From a virus (lineage: Duplodnaviria > Caudoviricetes): DNA of 61,612 nucleotides. The DNA is taken from positions 1 to 61,612 of the IMG/VR virus record IMGVR_UViG_3300045972_000408. The stretch is one strand, 5' to 3'. The position numbers and the translations under genes are program-made. The notes beneath the pieces are model-generated. The model had not been told where the DNA came from. It worked only from the letters and a program-made list of their open reading frames with translations, and ran no database searches. This document shows, piece by piece, positions 47,704 through 57,661 of the stretch (its first letter is position 1; each line of letters opens with the position of its first letter).

Positions 47704-48380
47704 TGCAGCAACTTAATTTGGTCGCGCTCAATAATTCGAGCTTCGTCCTGACGCTCGATTTTAGCCAGATCGCGGCGATTTACGGCAACCTCTCGGCTAT
47801 CGCCGTGCGGATGCAGATCAAGTCCGCCACAAGCGGCCTCATCCCCAAGGCGGATTTCACCGTTGGCGGCGCGGCGTTCTCGGCTGTGGTCGATGCAGGC
47901 GGGAACACGGTGCGGTTCCTGGCGCCCCAATCGGCCATTGCCGCGCTTTCGGGCGACTATGTCTTCGACGTCAGGATTGAAATAACCGGCGTTGGCGAAC
48001 GGGTCGTCGCGTTCGGCGTGGTCGAGTTCTTCCCCGGCGTGACGCAAACGACGCTCGGGACAAATCTTGTCGTCGGCGCGGGGCTTGGCGATACGGTTTT
48101 CGTGGTCTTTTCCAAGGTCGTCAACACGCCAGCGGTGTTCCCGTTCTCGATTGCGCAGATGCAAGATGCGGCGACGCGCGCGGCCGCCTCTGCGGCGGCT
48201 GCGGCTGCGTCCTATACCGCAACCGCCTCGGCAGGGACAACGGCGCTGGCGGCGGTCGCGTCAGCCGGTGCGGGCTATTCCAACACCGTCCTGACCACAT
48301 GGCTTGCGGGGCTCCCGACCACGCTCCCCGCCACGGCGGGCCTCTGGTGGGTCAATAACGGCGTCCTCTCGCAAAGCTGA
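47703..48380 (+). CDS. Fibre adaptor-like protein
   Basis: RMQIK, G.YVFD BppU-like N-terminus; LPTTLP..G.WW.N.G C-terminus. Confidence 0.7.
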   Translation: MQQLNLVALNNSSFVLTLDFSQIAAIYGNLSAIAVRMQIKSATSGLIPKADFTVGGAAFSAVVDAGGNTVRFLAPQSAIAALSGDYVFDVRIEITGVGERVVAFGVVEFFPGVTQTTLGTNLVVGAGLGDTVFVVFSKVVNTPAVFPFSIAQMQDAATRAAASAAAAAASYTATASAGTTALAAVASAGAGYSNTVLTTWLAGLPTTLPATAGLWWVNNGVLSQS

Positions 48381-48389
48381 GCGCATCCC

Positions 48390-48668
48390 ATGCTGATTGA
48401 CCAGAACACGGCGGCGCTCGCGGGCGTCCCGCAAGTCTTCGTGCTTTTCCAGCAAGCGGCGTCAATCTATGGGGTTGGCGCCATCAATAGCGCGGGCTCC
48501 GCTGCGTCGTCTGCGCTGGCGGCTGCGGCCTATAATTATGAAATTACCATTGCTCTGAACTATACCGCAGCAAATCCCGGCGCGGCATGGTTTGCAAATC
48601 TTCCGAAGACGCTGCCCGGTTCTTCCGGTGTGTGGTGGCTTAACGGCGGTATCGTTTCCAAATCCTGA
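48390..48668 (+). CDS. Short protein sharing C-terminal motif with upstream gene
   Basis: WFANLPKTLP...GVWWLNGG. Confidence 0.65.
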   Translation: MLIDQNTAALAGVPQVFVLFQQAASIYGVGAINSAGSAASSALAAAAYNYEITIALNYTAANPGAAWFANLPKTLPGSSGVWWLNGGIVSKS

Positions 48669-48683
48669 AAGGGACTTCATAAA

Positions 48684-49955
48684 ATGAAAATGACCTTTAA
48701 GGCGGCGCTTTCCGCATTGACGGCGCTTGCCCTTCCGGCTGGCGCATTGGCCGCCGGGAGCTACCCTTCTCCGACCTTCCAAAATTTGACGGTGAACGGG
48801 ACGCCGATTTTCCCGTCTGCATCTATCATGGAGTCGATGGTCTCTCATGCAACAATCAGCAAATCGTCGGCTTATACCGTGGCGTCTTCTGACGTTTGGG
48901 CGACCCTTATTCTGGGGGGAGCGACGTTTTACGCGGTGACATTCGGCGACCCGAGCGGGTACGCGGCGGGAAATTACAGGCTTCAAAATAACGACACCCG
49001 CGCGAAAAAGATCATCCTTTTTGGCGGCGCGACGTATATGCTTTGGCCGGGCCAAAGCGAAGTTATTTCTAATTTGAGCGGCGCATGGGTTCCGCTCAAC
49101 GGTCCGCGCCGCTACGTCAAGAACCCGCAAACTTGCTACGTTGATAATGTGCTTGGGCAGATAATCGGGAATACCGATGGGCTTGTCGCGGGCGCCGGCG
49201 CGTTCAGCACGTTCCAGGGCTGCTATCAAAACGCGTTGTCTTATTTCGATACGGCAGGCGGCCCGTTCAACGTCTATCTGACCGCCGGCCAAACCTATAC
49301 CCGCGTGGACGATTTCGCCTTTAATGGGCTCGTTTCGGGCTCCTATGGCACGACCGTCTACGGCAACGGCGCGTCCATCATCGTCGGCGGATCGACGACG
49401 CCGAGCGGACAGGCGGCAGTTTCCTATATCGGGGCAAGCGGGCAGGTCTCGGTTGGCAATCTGTCCACCGTGAGCTGCACGGCCCCGAACTGCTCCAGTT
49501 TCTCGATCTCCTATCCCGGCGAGTTGAATGTCTATGCCCCAGTGACTTACGGCACGACGACGCAGGCGCATAACCAGGCCAGCGGCCCCGGATCGGTGCT
49601 TTACATCACCGGGTTCAATTTTGCCGGGGCATCGACAGCAAACACGATTGCAGGCAACGCGCCCTATCACAATCAGGCAGCACAAGGCGGGTTTCTGATC
49701 GACTATAGTTCGAGCAATGTACTTTCCGCCAACGTGTCGTTCAGCGGACAGTTCGCGCTCGCTACCGTTGGCGGCATTCTTCAGGGTCCTAGCGGCTCAT
49801 CTTATCCTTTGACGCTCGGGGGGCATACTGTCACCGGGCAGCGCTGGTACTCAAACATGAACGGCATCATCAACAATACGTCTGGATGCCCGACGAATTA
49901 CTGGCCCGGATCGGTCAGCGGCGGCCCTTCCGCGACCGGCGGTCAATGCAATTAG
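48684..49955 (+). CDS. Fibre/spike-like protein with Sec signal peptide
   Basis: MKMTFKAALSALTALALPAGALA then YPSPTF; G/S/T-rich beta body. Confidence 0.8.
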   Translation: MKMTFKAALSALTALALPAGALAAGSYPSPTFQNLTVNGTPIFPSASIMESMVSHATISKSSAYTVASSDVWATLILGGATFYAVTFGDPSGYAAGNYRLQNNDTRAKKIILFGGATYMLWPGQSEVISNLSGAWVPLNGPRRYVKNPQTCYVDNVLGQIIGNTDGLVAGAGAFSTFQGCYQNALSYFDTAGGPFNVYLTAGQTYTRVDDFAFNGLVSGSYGTTVYGNGASIIVGGSTTPSGQAAVSYIGASGQVSVGNLSTVSCTAPNCSSFSISYPGELNVYAPVTYGTTTQAHNQASGPGSVLYITGFNFAGASTANTIAGNAPYHNQAAQGGFLIDYSSSNVLSANVSFSGQFALATVGGILQGPSGSSYPLTLGGHTVTGQRWYSNMNGIINNTSGCPTNYWPGSVSGGPSATGGQCN

Positions 49956-49992
49956 CCCGCTCTGAGCGGCCCTTAATCCAAAAGGAAATCCC

Positions 49993-51462
49993 ATGCTGAA
50001 GAAACTCGCGCTCGCGGGCGCCCTTTGCTGCGCTCTGGCGATCTCCGCTTGGGCGCAATCCGTCCCTGCGCAGGATGCTAACCCGGCTGCGTCGATCTTT
50101 GCTCACGGGCATATTACGACCGGCACGGAATGGCTGGAGTTTGCGAAGTCCAAGCAGGATTACGGTGGCGACGGTTCGGCGCTGACTGTGGGCGGCTTCC
50201 CGCTTGCCGTGATGCTGGCCAACGGCGGACTTTCGACAAATCAAACGCTGACCGGTTCGGGCTGGACAAACGCCTGCCCAACGATTTCGGCTAATTGCAT
50301 TTACATTGGCTCTGACAATTCCAGTTCTTCCGGCGGCGCGGGGCAGGTCGAAGCGCTTTCGATCTTTCATAATTACGGCGGAACAGGCACGGCAGGCGGT
50401 CGCAACTCACTGTCAATTTGGTCCCTTCTCACAGCGGCGACCGACTCCAGCAACACCAACCGCAATTATGTAGCGGGTCAATTCTACGCTAGAGCAATGG
50501 CCAGCGATGGCGGTACGGACACCGGATCCGGCGCAAAAGGCGCTATTTTTGGAATTAACCCCTATGGTATTCTCGATGGAACCGCGACCAATTTTGTAAA
50601 TGTCACGGGCGGCGAGGTCAACGTTGCGATTAAATCGGGCGGCTCATCAAGAATAAAAAGCGGCTGGTCGATTTCCGCGCTCCCTGTCGATGCAGTGCAA
50701 GGCACAAGCTACGACGCGGCGTTAATGGTCAGCAATCAAACGGGCGCTGTTGGCTGGAAAAACGGGATTTATTTTTCGGCGTCAAATGGTGTTTTCCCGC
50801 TTGATTCGACAGCTACGGTTTTAAAAACAAGCGGCGCTTCGTTTACCAATGGCATCGATTTCAGCAGCAATACTATCACCGGGTACGCTTGGCAATCGCC
50901 CGGCTTTACAGTGACTGGTATTGGTGTTGTCTACATTGGACAGCAATTACAGATGGGTTCCAATATTGGGATAGACTGGCAAGGCCGTTCCCTTCTGTCT
51001 TCGCCTGCCGATGGTAAGTTACTGATGACTAATCAGGCGTCGACCGGGTTCACTGGCTTGCAGCTTGGCGGGACAACCTCGTCTTTCCCGGGCCTGTTCG
51101 TCAATGGCTCCAAACTCGAAACGAAAGTGGCGGACGGAAGCGCCGACACCGGGCTTATCGTTGCATCGTTGTCCACAGCCATCGCGACCAAGACCGCCAG
51201 CTACACGGCGACGGCGACCGACAGCAGCCTGATTTTCAACTGCGCCGCGAGCTGCACGCTGACGCTGCCGAGCGCGTCGGCCAACACCGGCCTGATCCTG
51301 CGCGTCCGCACCATCGCCGCTTTCACAGTGGTGAGCGCGTCGGCCAATGTCGTCCCGCTCGCGGGCGGGTCGGCGTCGACCGCGATCCTCGCCGCGACCG
51401 CCGGCAAATGGGCGCTCCTGCAAAGCGATGGGACAAGCTGGCTGATCATGGAGGCGAACTGA
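49993..51462 (+). CDS. Fibre/spike-like protein with Sec signal peptide
   Basis: MLKKLALAGALCCALAISAWA; C-terminal TLTLPSA...LQSDG..W. Confidence 0.8.
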   Translation: MLKKLALAGALCCALAISAWAQSVPAQDANPAASIFAHGHITTGTEWLEFAKSKQDYGGDGSALTVGGFPLAVMLANGGLSTNQTLTGSGWTNACPTISANCIYIGSDNSSSSGGAGQVEALSIFHNYGGTGTAGGRNSLSIWSLLTAATDSSNTNRNYVAGQFYARAMASDGGTDTGSGAKGAIFGINPYGILDGTATNFVNVTGGEVNVAIKSGGSSRIKSGWSISALPVDAVQGTSYDAALMVSNQTGAVGWKNGIYFSASNGVFPLDSTATVLKTSGASFTNGIDFSSNTITGYAWQSPGFTVTGIGVVYIGQQLQMGSNIGIDWQGRSLLSSPADGKLLMTNQASTGFTGLQLGGTTSSFPGLFVNGSKLETKVADGSADTGLIVASLSTAIATKTASYTATATDSSLIFNCAASCTLTLPSASANTGLILRVRTIAAFTVVSASANVVPLAGGSASTAILAATAGKWALLQSDGTSWLIMEAN

Positions 51463-51546
51463 TGGCCGATCTACGCGCACATCGTCGGAGTCCTCGCCTT
51501 CCACAACTCATAGCGCGCCAATGCGCTCGCAAAAGGAGCTTGACCC

Positions 51547-52089
51547 ATGGCTGATTTTGACTGGAAGCAGATTGCCGGCCCGCTTGCCACGGCGGGCGGA
51601 ACGATCCTCGGCGGCGTGCTCGGCGGCCCTGCCGGAGCCATGCTTGGCCCGATGGTCGGGCATATCGTCGGGCAGGCGCTTGGCGTGGACCCGACGCCGG
51701 ACGCCATCGGTCCCGCGCTGCAACAGCCAGGCGCGGCGGAAAAGGTCGCGACCGCGCAGGCGCAAACGCAGGCCGCCGTTCTGTCGGCGCAGGACGCGTA
51801 TCTTGCCGATATTCAAAGCGCGCGACAGATGACCGTCGAACTGGTGCGCGAAAACTCGTCAATTGCATGGGGCGCCCCGGTCATTTCATTGGTCGTCGTC
51901 GTCGGGTTCTTCGCAATCCTCGGGCTGCTGATTTTTCATGGCGTACCGGACTCTCAAGCCGTTCTGATTTCGGTCGGGGCGCTCGGAGCCGCGTTTACGA
52001 CCGTGTTGGGTTTCTGGGTCGGCTCGTCCAAGGGGAGCGCCGACAAAACCGACGCGCTCACGACACTTGCGCGGCGCGCCGCCAAATAA
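51547..52089 (+). CDS. Holin-like membrane protein 1
   Basis: LGGP.G, D.QSAR, two TMs, FWVGSS.GS. Confidence 0.75.
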   Translation: MADFDWKQIAGPLATAGGTILGGVLGGPAGAMLGPMVGHIVGQALGVDPTPDAIGPALQQPGAAEKVATAQAQTQAAVLSAQDAYLADIQSARQMTVELVRENSSIAWGAPVISLVVVVGFFAILGLLIFHGVPDSQAVLISVGALGAAFTTVLGFWVGSSKGSADKTDALTTLARRAAK

Positions 52090-52180
52090 GCGACCGCGCG
52101 GACGATCGTAACGCCCGCGCTGCTCATCATGGGCATCACTCCGACGTCCTGATCCTCGCGCGAAAAAAAGGCAAAACCGC

Positions 52181-52594
52181 ATGTCCGTCGCCTACAATAC
52201 CGCTGCAAAAAACGCGCGGCTCGCCGCTGGCCTGATCGCCGCTGTTTCCGGGCAGTCCGTTGACGGCGGCGCCGGCGCCGGCAAGCTCGTCATCGGCACG
52301 GCTAGCATGGCCGCCGTACTGGCGACCATTCCGCTCAACAAGCCCTCTTTTACGATCAGCGCCGGGGCGGCGACGCTGATCGTGTCTCCCGCGCTTTCGG
52401 CGACCGCCGCCGCCTCCGGAACCGCCGCTGCGGCGCAAATTCAGGACAGCGCTGGAAATATCATCATTTCCGGCCTGACGGTCGGCGGCACGGCCGAGGG
52501 GACCGCAACCGGCAAAGATATCGTGCTCGCCGCGTCGACGATCGCGGCGGGAACGACCGTCAATCTCACCGGCGGCACGATTGCTCATTCTTGA
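52181..52594 (+). CDS. Putative virion structural protein
   Basis: Ala/Thr/Gly-rich beta; SGTA..A.I.D. Confidence 0.75.
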   Translation: MSVAYNTAAKNARLAAGLIAAVSGQSVDGGAGAGKLVIGTASMAAVLATIPLNKPSFTISAGAATLIVSPALSATAAASGTAAAAQIQDSAGNIIISGLTVGGTAEGTATGKDIVLAASTIAAGTTVNLTGGTIAHS

Positions 52595-52605
52595 GGCGCT
52601 GACAG

Positions 52606-54174
52606 ATGGCTGACAATACCCAACTCAATCCCGGCGCGCTCGGCGACACGATCCGCACCATTGCGAAAACCGAGAACGGCTCGGCCAAGACGCAGGTATT
52701 CGTTCCTGATGTCGGCGGTGGCGGCGACGCCAGTCCCGAAATCGCTTGGCAGACCGTCCAGGGCGACGCACAACCGGCCTCGGCAGGCATCCCGCCCGAC
52801 GCGCCCATGCTCTGGAACGGGACGACCTTCGACCGCTTGCGCGAGGGCGCGGCCATTGGCGCGGCGCTGGTTTCGCCCGTCGATAACGTCACTGGCATCG
52901 CGACCATCACGGCCATCGGCGTCGTTCTGGGCTTTCCGATCTCGACGGCGGGGCTTTCCAAGCTTTACGTCAATTTCACGGCTGCGACGTCATTCTTGGG
53001 AACCGTCAACTGGCAGGGCTCCAATGACGGCACGACTTGGACGCCGATTTACGCAGGGAATCTCACGGCGAGCCAGCTTGCTTATGGGCCAGCCCAAAGC
53101 ACGAACAATCCCGTGGCGGGGCTGGTTTTTGAAGTTCCGCTTACGCACATATTCGTCCGGCTGTACTGCTCGGCCTACACGTCGGGCTCGGTCACTGTGG
53201 AATGGGCCGGGAAGGCGGCTGGGACTTACAAAACGGTCGCCGACCAGGGTGCGCCAGGCGCGCTAAATGGCGGTTGGTATCAGCGCATCACGGATGGCGC
53301 CGGAGCCGCCGTTGCCGCCGTCAAGGCGGCCTCGACGGCCGCCACCGCGACCGACCCCGCGCTGGTCGTGGCGCTGTCACCGAATTCACCGCTCCCGGAC
53401 AATGTGCAGGGCGCGAGTGGGACGAATAGCGGCGGCGCCGCGCCCGGCGTGGTCGGAAACATCATCGGACCGCTTTCGACCACCGGCTTCGGAACCCTTT
53501 ACGTTCTTTGCTCGACCACTGGCGGCGGCTCGCTGACGTTCTACGGATCGAACGACAATTGGGCGACGCAATGGCCGATCTTCGCGTCGCGGCGCGACTC
53601 GAATGGCATTTGGTCGGCCTCGACGGCAGCATCTCCGGCGGCGGGCCAGATTTGGGAAGTCCCTCTCGTCACCGCGCAAATCAAGGTGGTCGGTACGGTC
53701 GCGACGGGCAATTTCCAATGGGTGCTCAAGGCCAACGGCCCGTCGCGCCTCATCGTTGAGCAAGGCGTGTCGAATTCCGCTTCTGTGGCGTGGCTTACCG
53801 CGGGCGTCGTCAATAGCGTCTCGACAACGAATGGTCTGACCCAGTTGGCGTCGGCCATCGCGCCGGCTACGCCCGCAGCCACGCCGATCAAGGGCGGCGC
53901 GGGGCGGCTCTATATGCTCGATGTCGGCAACTCTGGCGCCTCTGACGTATGGGTAAAATTGTTCAATGTCGTGTCCGGTTCGGTCACGCTCGGGACGACT
54001 TCGGCGACGACGAACCTTTATGTTCCAAAGGGCACGCGCCAGACGTTCGGCATTGCCGACATCGGCGATTATTTCTCCACCGCGATCACTTATGCCGTGA
54101 CCGGCGGCATTTCGCTGACGGACAACACGGCCATCACCGCCGGCGCCGTCTCGGTGAATGCTCGCTACGTCTAA
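52606..54174 (+). CDS. Putative fibre/appendage protein with duplicated domain
   Basis: Two GSND...W.PI.A...EVPL units. Confidence 0.75.
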   Translation: MADNTQLNPGALGDTIRTIAKTENGSAKTQVFVPDVGGGGDASPEIAWQTVQGDAQPASAGIPPDAPMLWNGTTFDRLREGAAIGAALVSPVDNVTGIATITAIGVVLGFPISTAGLSKLYVNFTAATSFLGTVNWQGSNDGTTWTPIYAGNLTASQLAYGPAQSTNNPVAGLVFEVPLTHIFVRLYCSAYTSGSVTVEWAGKAAGTYKTVADQGAPGALNGGWYQRITDGAGAAVAAVKAASTAATATDPALVVALSPNSPLPDNVQGASGTNSGGAAPGVVGNIIGPLSTTGFGTLYVLCSTTGGGSLTFYGSNDNWATQWPIFASRRDSNGIWSASTAASPAAGQIWEVPLVTAQIKVVGTVATGNFQWVLKANGPSRLIVEQGVSNSASVAWLTAGVVNSVSTTNGLTQLASAIAPATPAATPIKGGAGRLYMLDVGNSGASDVWVKLFNVVSGSVTLGTTSATTNLYVPKGTRQTFGIADIGDYFSTAITYAVTGGISLTDNTAITAGAVSVNARYV

Positions 54175-54191
54175 TTTGAAGGAGCGGGCGG

Positions 54192-56102
54192 ATGCTGCTC
54201 GTTTTTAGCTCGCTTCTGCAATCGTCGGGGGGCGATTTCGGCGCGATTGCCGCGACAGAGGCCCAGGACACGGCCGCCTTTGCCGGCTCGACAATAAACC
54301 CGGTCGCCGCTGTGGCCCGCGCCACGCTGGTCGTTGAGCCCGAGATTCGCGTGCTCCAGGTCGCGCCGGAAATTCGTTCGTTGAGGGCATCAGACATGGC
54401 ATTCGCGGGAGATTTCAAGCCTAAATTCGTGGCGGGCACGTCCGAGGTGTTTTCGCTCGACTTTGCGAAGGTTCTCGACACCGGCGACGCTATTTCGAGC
54501 GTGACGTCAAGTATTTCCGTGCACTACGGCGCCGATCCCGACGCGGCTTCGTGGTTGAGTGGCAGCGCCTACTTTTCTGGGACCGTTGTCAGCCAGAGGC
54601 TCAGCGGCTTGGTCGGGGGCGTGGTCTACGACCTCATTTTCACCGTCTCGACCGCGAACGGCAACACGATCATTAAATTCGGGCGCGTGACATGCGTCGC
54701 GGTCTCCGGTGTCACAGCCGCCGAGAGTGCGGCGCTCAACGCGGTTGTGAATCTGGAATCTCTCGTCGCGACCCTGGGGCAACTGCCGACGCCGCAACTG
54801 GTCGCGTTCGCGCAGGCTGTGACCGTCGCCAAGGAAAACAGCTCCAAAACGACCATTGTCGTTTTTTGTTCCTCGGGCGGCCTGGCGGGCAGCGGAGCGA
54901 CGCCGTCCGCCGCCAACAACTGGGCGCCGCCGACCGGGAACTGGTCTGGCCTGCTCGCTGCCGCGCTCGCGCCGTCCGGCTGGACGGTCTACAATCGGTC
55001 GATTTCCGGCACGAGCACAGCCCAGAGCATCGCGCGGTTCTGGACCGATGTCGCGCCGCATATGCCGTCTCATGTGATTCTGGCAACGGGGATCGCAAAT
55101 GACGGGTATAATATCCATGGCTATTTTTCGGGCGTGCTGGAGATTATCCGGCTGTGCAAACTGATCGGCGCCGTGCCGGTCATTAGGAGCGTTTATCCGC
55201 ATAACGCCATGACCGCGTCGCAATACGCCGCTGTGCTTGGCCTCAACAGGCAACTGGCGGGCCTCGGCTATCCGTTCATTGACCAGATGAGCATTTTTGA
55301 CGACGGAGCCGGCCATTTTATCGGAGGGACGACCTACACCAGCGACGGTCAGCACCTTGGTGATCCCGGCAACGCCGCGATGTTCTCGCAGATCGACCTC
55401 GGTATTTTCACTTCGTTCACAGGCGGCCAGTGGATCACGCCGAAAAAGGCCGGCGCGTGGCAAATGTCGATTTCCGATTTGAGCGAAGTCGGCATCTGGG
55501 CGCGGCCGACGACGGAGGGGCTGGGCGCGAACATCAGGTCTTTCACGCTGCGCGCGAGGGTCAAATCGCAGTCCGGCGTTCCGGGCACGCGTGGAGTCAT
55601 GGGCGTCACGTTCCCGGCCTACAACCTGCGACTGCGGCACACGGGGCCTTATAATCTGGCGGACAGCGTCGGATCGCTCGTGACCTCGTCGATTTCGCCG
55701 CAGAGTGATTTCTCGGTGCATGACCTCGCGATGACCTACAATCACATCACCGATACCGCGGCGCTGTACGCCGATGGCGCCCTGATAGGGTCTGGAACCG
55801 CGAACGGGGTGGAGGACGTCATAACCGCCCTGTCGTTCGGGTCTCCGGTCGGCGCGGGCCTCTGCGCGTCCGGGCTGACATTTGCGGACATCGGCGCGTG
55901 GCAGACGCCGCTTTCCGCGCGCGAGATCGCGGCGATGTATCTGAGCGGCTATCTCCCGCGCAGCAGCATGATCCTCGACGCGGACCTCAGCACGCCGCCG
56001 AATGGAACGCTCGACGCCTACACCGGCGTCTGCCCGAACGCAATCTGCAACGGGATGCTCCCTGTCATCGGCGGATCGTGGCTGCCAGTCGCTGCGATTT
56101 AA
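54192..56102 (+). CDS. Adaptor + SGNH hydrolase + LamG-like multidomain protein
   Basis: LDF...L..GD.ISS adaptor; N.SISG, GIAND, DGQH; LY.DG, W..PLS..EI. Confidence 0.8.
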   Translation: MLLVFSSLLQSSGGDFGAIAATEAQDTAAFAGSTINPVAAVARATLVVEPEIRVLQVAPEIRSLRASDMAFAGDFKPKFVAGTSEVFSLDFAKVLDTGDAISSVTSSISVHYGADPDAASWLSGSAYFSGTVVSQRLSGLVGGVVYDLIFTVSTANGNTIIKFGRVTCVAVSGVTAAESAALNAVVNLESLVATLGQLPTPQLVAFAQAVTVAKENSSKTTIVVFCSSGGLAGSGATPSAANNWAPPTGNWSGLLAAALAPSGWTVYNRSISGTSTAQSIARFWTDVAPHMPSHVILATGIANDGYNIHGYFSGVLEIIRLCKLIGAVPVIRSVYPHNAMTASQYAAVLGLNRQLAGLGYPFIDQMSIFDDGAGHFIGGTTYTSDGQHLGDPGNAAMFSQIDLGIFTSFTGGQWITPKKAGAWQMSISDLSEVGIWARPTTEGLGANIRSFTLRARVKSQSGVPGTRGVMGVTFPAYNLRLRHTGPYNLADSVGSLVTSSISPQSDFSVHDLAMTYNHITDTAALYADGALIGSGTANGVEDVITALSFGSPVGAGLCASGLTFADIGAWQTPLSAREIAAMYLSGYLPRSSMILDADLSTPPNGTLDAYTGVCPNAICNGMLPVIGGSWLPVAAI

Positions 56103-56256
56103 TTCACATCAACTTTGGCTGTATTGCCGCCGCGCTCGCCATTTCCTGAGCCCTGAGCGCTCTTTTCCTCACCCCGATCTAACCAGCCCCCAATCCGAAC
56201 GCCCCCCTGCGACCGATCTGTCGCAGCGGTGACGCTTGCGCACGAAAGGTTTTGAC

Positions 56257-57075
56257 ATGACCGATTGGAACAAGGTTCTCCTGGCCATTGCGCCGCACGG
56301 TAAAAAGGCGATCCGCGATGGCTTCGCCGCCTCGCTGGACGCCTCCGTCGCGCGAGCCGGTCTGTCGTCCAAGCTGCGGCTGGCGCATTTTCTGGCGCAA
56401 TGCGCGCATGAAAGCGATGGCTTCCGGACAACGACTGAATATGCCAGCGGCGCGGCTTACGAAGGGCGCCCCGACCTCGGCAACACTAGACCGGGCGACG
56501 GCCGGCGCTGCAAAGGGCGCGGCCTGATCCAGAACACGGGCGCGGCAGCTTATCGTTTGCTGTCCAAGGTTTTCGGGGTCGATTTTTACGCCAACCCTGA
56601 GAAGCTGGCGGAATTCCCGTGGGCTGCGCTCGCCGCCGCCCACTATTGGGCAACGCATGTTTGCCACGACAAAAAGCGCCTCAATGACCTGGCGGACGCG
56701 AACGACATCGTCGGCGTGACGCATGGCGTCAACGGTGGCGTCAACGGCTTGGCGTCGCGCAAGGTCTATTTCGCCAGGGCCATGCACGCCCTGTCCGATC
56801 TCAAGGGCGCGCTCGTCGCGCGGGCCGCCGAGGAAACCCATGCCGCGTCCGCGAAAGCGGCTTCCGCGACCGCCGTCGTTACCAGCGGCGCGGTGTCCGC
56901 CGTGCCCGTCATCGTACCAAATGAAGCGACCCACGCCGCGCTCGGCAGCGGCGGCCAATGGGCGCTGATCGCGCTCGCCGTCGCGCTCGCCGCCGCCGGC
57001 GTCGCGCTTTTCGTGTCCATCCGCAAACACAATAACGCCGCCGCCACGCTGACGGCCGCCGCGCAAGGAGCCTGA
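56257..57075 (+). CDS. GH19 endolysin with C-terminal membrane segments
   Basis: AHFLAQ..HES, YEGR.DLGN..GDG, GRG.IQ.TG, VNGG.NG. Confidence 0.93.
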   Translation: MTDWNKVLLAIAPHGKKAIRDGFAASLDASVARAGLSSKLRLAHFLAQCAHESDGFRTTTEYASGAAYEGRPDLGNTRPGDGRRCKGRGLIQNTGAAAYRLLSKVFGVDFYANPEKLAEFPWAALAAAHYWATHVCHDKKRLNDLADANDIVGVTHGVNGGVNGLASRKVYFARAMHALSDLKGALVARAAEETHAASAKAASATAVVTSGAVSAVPVIVPNEATHAALGSGGQWALIALAVALAAAGVALFVSIRKHNNAAATLTAAAQGA

Positions 57076-57078
57076 CCC

Positions 57079-57651
57079 ATGGCCTTCGATCTTTCCACAC
57101 TCGAACCGCTGGCCGCGCAGCTCGCCAGGGCTGGCGCGCCGATCCTCGCGAACACGCTCGGGACGGTGCTTCCCTTCCCCGCCAACCTCATCGCAAAAAC
57201 GGTCATCGGCTCGCTTGCCGCGGCTTTCGGCGCCAACGCGGACGACCCGCAAGACCTGGCGAACAAGATCGCGGCCGATCCGGATGCCGCGGCCAAGTTG
57301 CAATCCGTCACGGATGAGCACGCGACCGACATCGCGTCGGCGCTTGATTTTGCCCGGTTGCAAACCGACGCCACCGATCGCGCGCTGGCGCTCGAGCCGA
57401 GCTTCTGGGGGCGGCTCTATGTCGGCGGCGCTCGCCCGGGAATGATGTGGGTGGGCGTGTTCGTCGCGATTTACCAAATCGTCGCCGCCGCGCGCGGGGG
57501 GACCCTTATCCCGTTCGACGTCTATGCGGCGACGCTCGCAACATTTGGAGCCCTTGCCGGCGTTCGGGGCTACGAAATGGTCAAGGGCGTCGCGCGCACC
57601 TCGCTGGTCGCGCCCGCCGCCAAGCTGGCCCCGCCCGTTCGCGGCAAGTGA
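57079..57651 (+). CDS. Holin-like membrane protein 2 (3TM GTA-holin type)
   Basis: G.RP..MW, G.RGYE..KG; follows endolysin. Confidence 0.78.
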   Translation: MAFDLSTLEPLAAQLARAGAPILANTLGTVLPFPANLIAKTVIGSLAAAFGANADDPQDLANKIAADPDAAAKLQSVTDEHATDIASALDFARLQTDATDRALALEPSFWGRLYVGGARPGMMWVGVFVAIYQIVAAARGGTLIPFDVYAATLATFGALAGVRGYEMVKGVARTSLVAPAAKLAPPVRGK

Positions 57652-57661
57652 GGATCGAGCC

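Noticed and set aside
51462-51546. Short coupled ORF before holin 1, possible endolysin remnant
   Set aside because: About 30 codons with no recognisable motif
52137-52145. CACTCCGAC matching the tRNA 3' end, possible attR
   Set aside because: Only 9 bp, in the middle of the late operon; expected by chance
47703-56102. Diversity-generating retroelement or invertible fibre cassette
   Set aside because: No reverse transcriptase or invertase, and no near-identical TR/VR pair or inverted crossover sites noticed
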